Source: Octopus bimaculoides (taxonomy: Eukaryota). From it: a stretch of 38,964 nt of DNA. The position numbers and the translations under genes are program-made. The notes below the pieces were generated by a model. The model ran no database searches. It saw nothing but the letters and a program-made list of their open reading frames with translations, and was not told the DNA's origin. How positions within the stretch are numbered: position 1 is the first letter of the stretch; each line of letters begins with the position of its first letter. Of the stretch, positions 34,640-38,964 are shown in pieces. The stretch is from positions 34,491,272 through 34,530,235 of the forward strand of contig NC_068989.1 of assembly GCF_001194135.2 (NCBI RefSeq). The letters are read 5' to 3'.

Positions 34640-34850
34640 GGTGTATAGTAAAATCATAACAGCAGAGAGCCATCTATCGGATAGTCATAACAGAACAACC
34701 ATCTATAATATAATCATAATGACAAACTTTCTATAGTATAGCCATAACAGCAGTCATTTATAATGTAGTCATATATTGGCAATCTATGGTGCAGTCATCT
34801 ATATTGTAGTCATAATAACACATGGCTACCTTAGTATGTAGTCATAACAA
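34640..34850. repeat. Degenerate minisatellite, roughly 28-31 bp unit (TAGTCATAACAGCAGTCATCTATA.TG-like)
   Basis: Recurrent (A/G)GTCATAA(C) and CATCTAT motifs about seven times. Confidence 0.6.
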
Positions 34851-35822
34851 CTTGAAAACAAAACTTCAAAGTCTCTGTTAACCATTAACAAATATGTACT
34901 CTACTGAAATGTATTGGATTGTCCTTCAGTTTAATGTTAAATTATGTTTATATATGACTTGACATGAGAGGAATTATATATGTGTATGTGGGTGTGTGCA
35001 TGCGCATATACATGTGTGCGTGTGATTGTGTGTACATGTGAGTATGTTTCCTCCTTGGTGCCCCATTTATTGCTTCTCAAATCATCTTTATCACACATAA
35101 CCTTTAAATTTATTTACAATCTCTAGTTTATCTTTATGTCATTCACTGATGGTGTACCATCTAGTCCCATTGACTTAACAGTCAAAAGCCTTTGATATAT
35201 TTTTTAAGTGGATAGATCTTTTTCTTTTCTGTTCCTATCTCCTTTTCATTCCTACTCTATTCTCTCCATTTCCTTCCCTTATTCCAATTCATTAATGTAG
35301 CACTGTGAATATATACTTTGTAATAGCTTCAGTTATTTACTCTCTCAGCTGTAACCTAGATGGGAGGGTGAACTTGCACTATGTTCTATTCTTGTGGGGA
35401 GTCATAAATGTTAAATTTTACTCTTAATTCACCTGAAGAGAACAGTTTTTTTTTTACATGATGTAACGCTTTTGCTCACAAAGAAAAAAGAACATGTCTG
35501 AAACAGCTGTAGTGAACCTCAACCCAGTTGTGTTATTGTTTATTCTTCACCTAACTCTAGGCACTGGATCTGGAGCTTATAGACAACTGTGGAATATGTG
35601 CCATGAGTGTACTCCTGTGTGACTTTGAGTACATGTTGTATATTTTGTCAGTACTTGGGAATGTGTGCATAACTAGAGTGACAAATTGGTATTTAGTATA
35701 GTAAGTACGTATATGTCAACATGCATTGTTAGTGCACCGGTGCACTATCCCTGACTCTATATTGGTGCTTTTACTATTTAAATACCCTGGCAGTTACGAC
35801 GGCAAGCAAAACAGAAAAGGGA

Positions 35823-36139
35823 TGTAACGAAAGTAATCTCCCTCGAGCTTCTAGAATGTTCGAGATCTTTCTGGAAGCTTTCAGTTTCACATGGAAGTCG
35901 GGGACTTCAGGTTCATCCCTTATATAAGGGAAGAAATTCTAAATTCGTGCACTCTGTGCTTGTCTAGCCTTAGGTTTGCATTGAGTCAATATTGCCTGCT
36001 CGCGCACCCGTTTGTCTTTCTTACTTGGATACATGTGACTACAAAACCAGAACATATTCATGTAATGTTATAAGCTTCCTTCAACTAGCCTTGTATGTTA
36101 ACGCATTACCTCCAGTAGTAAAAGTTATGACTTATTACA
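35823..36139 (+). mobile_element. Probable solo LTR (317 bp)
   Basis: Begins TGTAA, ends TTACA; internal HSE array and TATA box in U3-like order; flanks AGGGA and AGCGT match only 3/5, so the TSD is unconvincing. Confidence 0.55.
35848..35930. promoter_or_regulatory. Heat-shock-element array (7 alternating nGAAn/nTTCn pentamers) plus palindromic TATA box
   Basis: cTTCt aGAAt gTTCg aGATc tTTCt gGAAg cTTTc (35848-35882; 5 perfect units); CCCTTATATAAGGG (35917-35930). Confidence 0.6.
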
Positions 36140-36904
36140 AGCGTCTCATGAATTCTATTCTCTTGTTATGAGACAAAAACAGTGACTCCCTTTTCTCTCA
36201 TACTGACTAAATTATAGTGTGTCATTAAGTCAGCGTTACCACCAAAAATATATAACCCTGACTTCACTATAAAATGGTGACCTCCGTTACAAACACAATA
36301 GCCACTTCACTATACCCGATTCTATTGGATCCTGAAAATTTTGTTTGTTTCTATGTATGCATGCATATATATATGTATATGTATCTTATCTATAAAAGGC
36401 AGATTTTCTCTGTGTGTATGCATGTTTAAAATTTATACATTTACACAAGTCCAAATTTAGTGGATGAAAACATTGGAATTAATATTCTAAATATAAATAC
36501 CATAACTTAGGTCATAATGTCATTTTTTCGGTCAAAATAACTCCTAATTACGAAAAAAATTGATAAAACTACATACATAACCATTTTCCCCTATAATATA
36601 ATCTTATTTCCTACTTCTACTACCATTACAAATCGTTTCAACTGCTACTTTCTGTTATGAACGTTTATGAACGATCCAAGAAAAAAGACAGAAAGAAACG
36701 AAAGAGAAAGAGTGAGTCATATAAACAGACACACTAGCAATCATACGTAAATACGCACATATATCTTCACATACATGTACCTATGGTTACCAATGACCTC
36801 ATTCTAATTGGCAGGAATTGTAAGTTCACTTTCCATTTCTAACACTGTCATTCACCAAGATAACAAAAAAAAAAAAAATAGCGACACATTTTTTTCAAAT
36901 ACGA

Positions 36905-37341
36905 TCAACAAACATTTATTCCCTACAAACCATATATATACATACATACATACAAATACACACATACATACAAATAAACACATACATACAAATACCTGTC
37001 AATCTTTTTCAAATACAATCGACAGTCAAACATTTATTCTCTACAAACTGAATTTTTTGAAAATCTTTCTTAAAGCACATTTACTTACTACCATATATAT
37101 ATACAGAGAGACAATACACACTAATACACTCAAATACATACATACATACAAACACCTGTCAGTTTTTATATTTATTTGCCGTTTCTTATCACCCTTTCCC
37201 CCTTCAATTTTAAGCACACTTTCCAAGACAATTTCTCTGTACAAGTAACTTTCACATTCACAGTCAAACATTTATTCCCTATAAACTGTGAGTTTTTTGA
37301 AAATCTTTTTTAAAACACATTTACTTACTACCATATATATA
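36905..37341 (+). repeat. Internal direct repeats of the Helitron, period about 238 bp
   Basis: ACAGTCAAACATTTATT..CTA.AAACTG...TTTTTTGAAAATCTTT.TTAAA.CACATTTACTTACTACCATATATATA at 37022 and 37260; partial copy near 36905; runs into the gap. Confidence 0.8.
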
Positions 37342-37679
37342 NNNNNNNNNNNNNNNNNNNNNNNNNNNNNNNNNNNNNNNNNNNNNNNNNNNNNNNNNNN
37401 NNNNNNNNNNNNNNNNNNNNNNNNNNNNNNNNNNNNNNNNNNNNNNNNNNNNNNNNNNNNNNNNNNNNNNNNNNNNNNNNNNNNNNNNNNNNNNNNNNNN
37501 NNNNNNNNNNNNNNNNNNNNNNNNNNNNNNNNNNNNNNNNNNNNNNNNNNNNNNNNNNNNNNNNNNNNNNNNNNNNNNNNNNNNNNNNNNNNNNNNNNNN
37601 NNNNNNNNNNNNNNNNNNNNNNNNNNNNNNNNNNNNNNNNNNNNNNNNNNNNNNNNNNNNNNNNNNNNNNNNAGCACTG

Positions 37680-38318
37680 GTGCTGAAGGCGATTAGAGCA
37701 AACGAGTCCTCCAACCAAACGCCTTTTAGACTTTCACAGAGCACTTTATGTTCAGCGGAATGCCGAGCTGCTGAAAGTTTCCAACAGCATACCGTATGTC
37801 TAGCCAAAATAGCTTCATACGATGCTCCTTCCAGGGTTACAGAGGGCCTGGAACAAAGGGCAACTCACCTGGCTAGAAACGCTGCTGCTAATGCCGCTTC
37901 CAGGGCTTCAGAGGGCCAGGAACAAAGGGCCACTCGACTGGTTACAAATGCTGAAGCTACTGCTGCTTCCAGGTCTTCCGAACGTTTGGAACAATGGACG
38001 ACTTGCCTTGCTACGAACCCTGCCGCTATGACTTCTGAAGATGCAGATGGGCGGTCCATTACCATTGAAAATGTGGCTTCTGCTACTGCTGTGAGACCTT
38101 CCCACGACCAACACGGGCAACGTTCTACGTTGCAGCAGAACAGTCGACGGCGAGATGCTGCGTGCAGTGTGACGAGTCCCAACAGCCCTTACTGGCACCT
38201 ACAGGCTTTCAAGTATGAGCCCAACTTTAATTACTCCATCTGCGCTGAAATAAATATAGGGGAAATGCGCTTCAATTGCCAATTCTGCCATGCTAAAAAG
38301 TGGGCTGGGTACCCATGA
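37680..38318 (+). pseudogene. Truncated Helitron Rep/Helicase N-terminus with 23-aa repeats and half of the zinc finger
   Basis: EGLEQRATHLARNAAANAASRAS / EGQEQRATRLVTNAEATAASRSS / ERLEQWTTCLATNPAA repeats, then AFKYEPNFNYS...IGEMRFNCQFCHAKKW, matching the AF.Y.P..DY...IG.M...C..C.A.KW pattern of Helitron Rep; stops before the second Cys pair. True start is hidden by the gap. Confidence 0.75.
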
Positions 38319-38749
38319 TTAATCCCCCTCTTTCCTCCATAGGGCATCTATTCTGTTTTCACAGAGCATGAAGTTTTGTAACAGCACGTCCACTGCTGTT
38401 GGTGTAAAAGGAACATGCCGTATTCACCTGTGAACGTTTTACACACCCTTCTAGGACTACCTACCAAATTGTTACAATTGTTAGAATGATAACACAGCCA
38501 TTTCAGGGCCACCTCACATTCTATTGTTACCCACTTCCGAGAGTGTTGCAATGCTCTTTGCAGAGCTTTCTATCCAATTGCAAATCAATTGGTTGGCCGT
38601 AAACTTATATCAATCTTTGCCTCAATAAACATAATTGAGTAGAATCATTAAGAGTACTTTAAAGCAATTAAGCCCCAAGCAATGCCAGGCACTTCTGCTA
38701 GTATACATATATATATACACGTGTGTATGTGTATATATATATATCATCA

Positions 38750-38964
38750 TCATCATCATCATCGTTTAACGTCCGCTTTCCATGCTAGCATGGGTTGGAC
38801 GATTTGACTGAGGACTGGTGAAACCGGATGGCAACACCAGGCTCCAGTCTGATTTGGCAGAGTTTCTACAGCTGGATGCCCTTCCTAACGCCAACCACTC
38901 AGAGAGTGTAGTGGGTGCTTTTACGTGTCACCCGCACGAAAACGGCCACGCTCGAAATGGTGTC
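38750..38964 (-). mobile_element. Well-preserved 3' end of an RTE-type LINE/SINE, continues off the window edge
   Basis: (CAT)n then CGTTTAACGTCCGCTTTCCATGCTAGCATGGGTTGGACG...CAGCTGGATGCCCTTCCTAACGCCAACC; same family as 2160-2313 and 28698-28860. Confidence 0.75.

Larger units (their letters stand above)
36384..38701 (+). mobile_element. Non-autonomous Helitron, about 2.3 kb including a gap
   Basis: 5' A|TCTTATCTATAAAAGGC, 3' degenerate GC-rich hairpin region GCCCCAAGCAATGCCAGGC then CTAG|T, i.e. inserted between A and T; internal Rep N-terminal ORF. Confidence 0.7.

Noticed and set aside
1-38964. CRISPR arrays, rRNA, genuine tRNA genes, prokaryotic operons
   Set aside because: None seen; A/B-box-like motifs all belong to SINE heads and lack a cloverleaf and tRNA 3' end; the DNA is spliceosomal-intron eukaryotic.

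Overview
Eukaryotic, AT-rich, repeat-dense genomic DNA with five N-gaps plus one short N run. The SINE, RTE-LINE and Helitron repertoire resembles a coleoid cephalopod, most likely Octopus; this assignment is an inference from repeat recognition. The only host gene I can support is the 3' part of a V-type H+-ATPase V0 subunit a gene (ATP6V0A1-like) on the minus strand. Four clear coding exons (32615-32493, 15171-15051, 13517-13346, 11564-11471) and one probable 45-nt in-frame cassette exon (22797-22753) splice with canonical GT-AG sites and matching phases into 184 aa ending ...[20 protein letters not shown]...[23 protein letters not shown]...GGDE*. Upstream exons lie beyond the window or in a gap. 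The introns and flanks hold decayed mobile elements: Tc1, maT, two mariners, a hAT remnant, piggyBac-like MITEs, RTE and CR1/L2-type LINE pieces, tRNA-derived SINEs, a probable solo LTR and a non-autonomous Helitron. The best leads are regulatory or RNA-level. They are a Ser codon (AGT) at a normally Gly position inside a 10-bp exonic hairpin (candidate A-to-I recoding site), an 11-nt poison micro-exon or recursive splice site, a solo LTR carrying a seven-unit heat-shock-element array and palindromic TATA inside the gene, and a 118-bp near-perfect fold-back. I found no clearly new multi-gene system. Repeat boundaries without TSD/TIR support are approximate.
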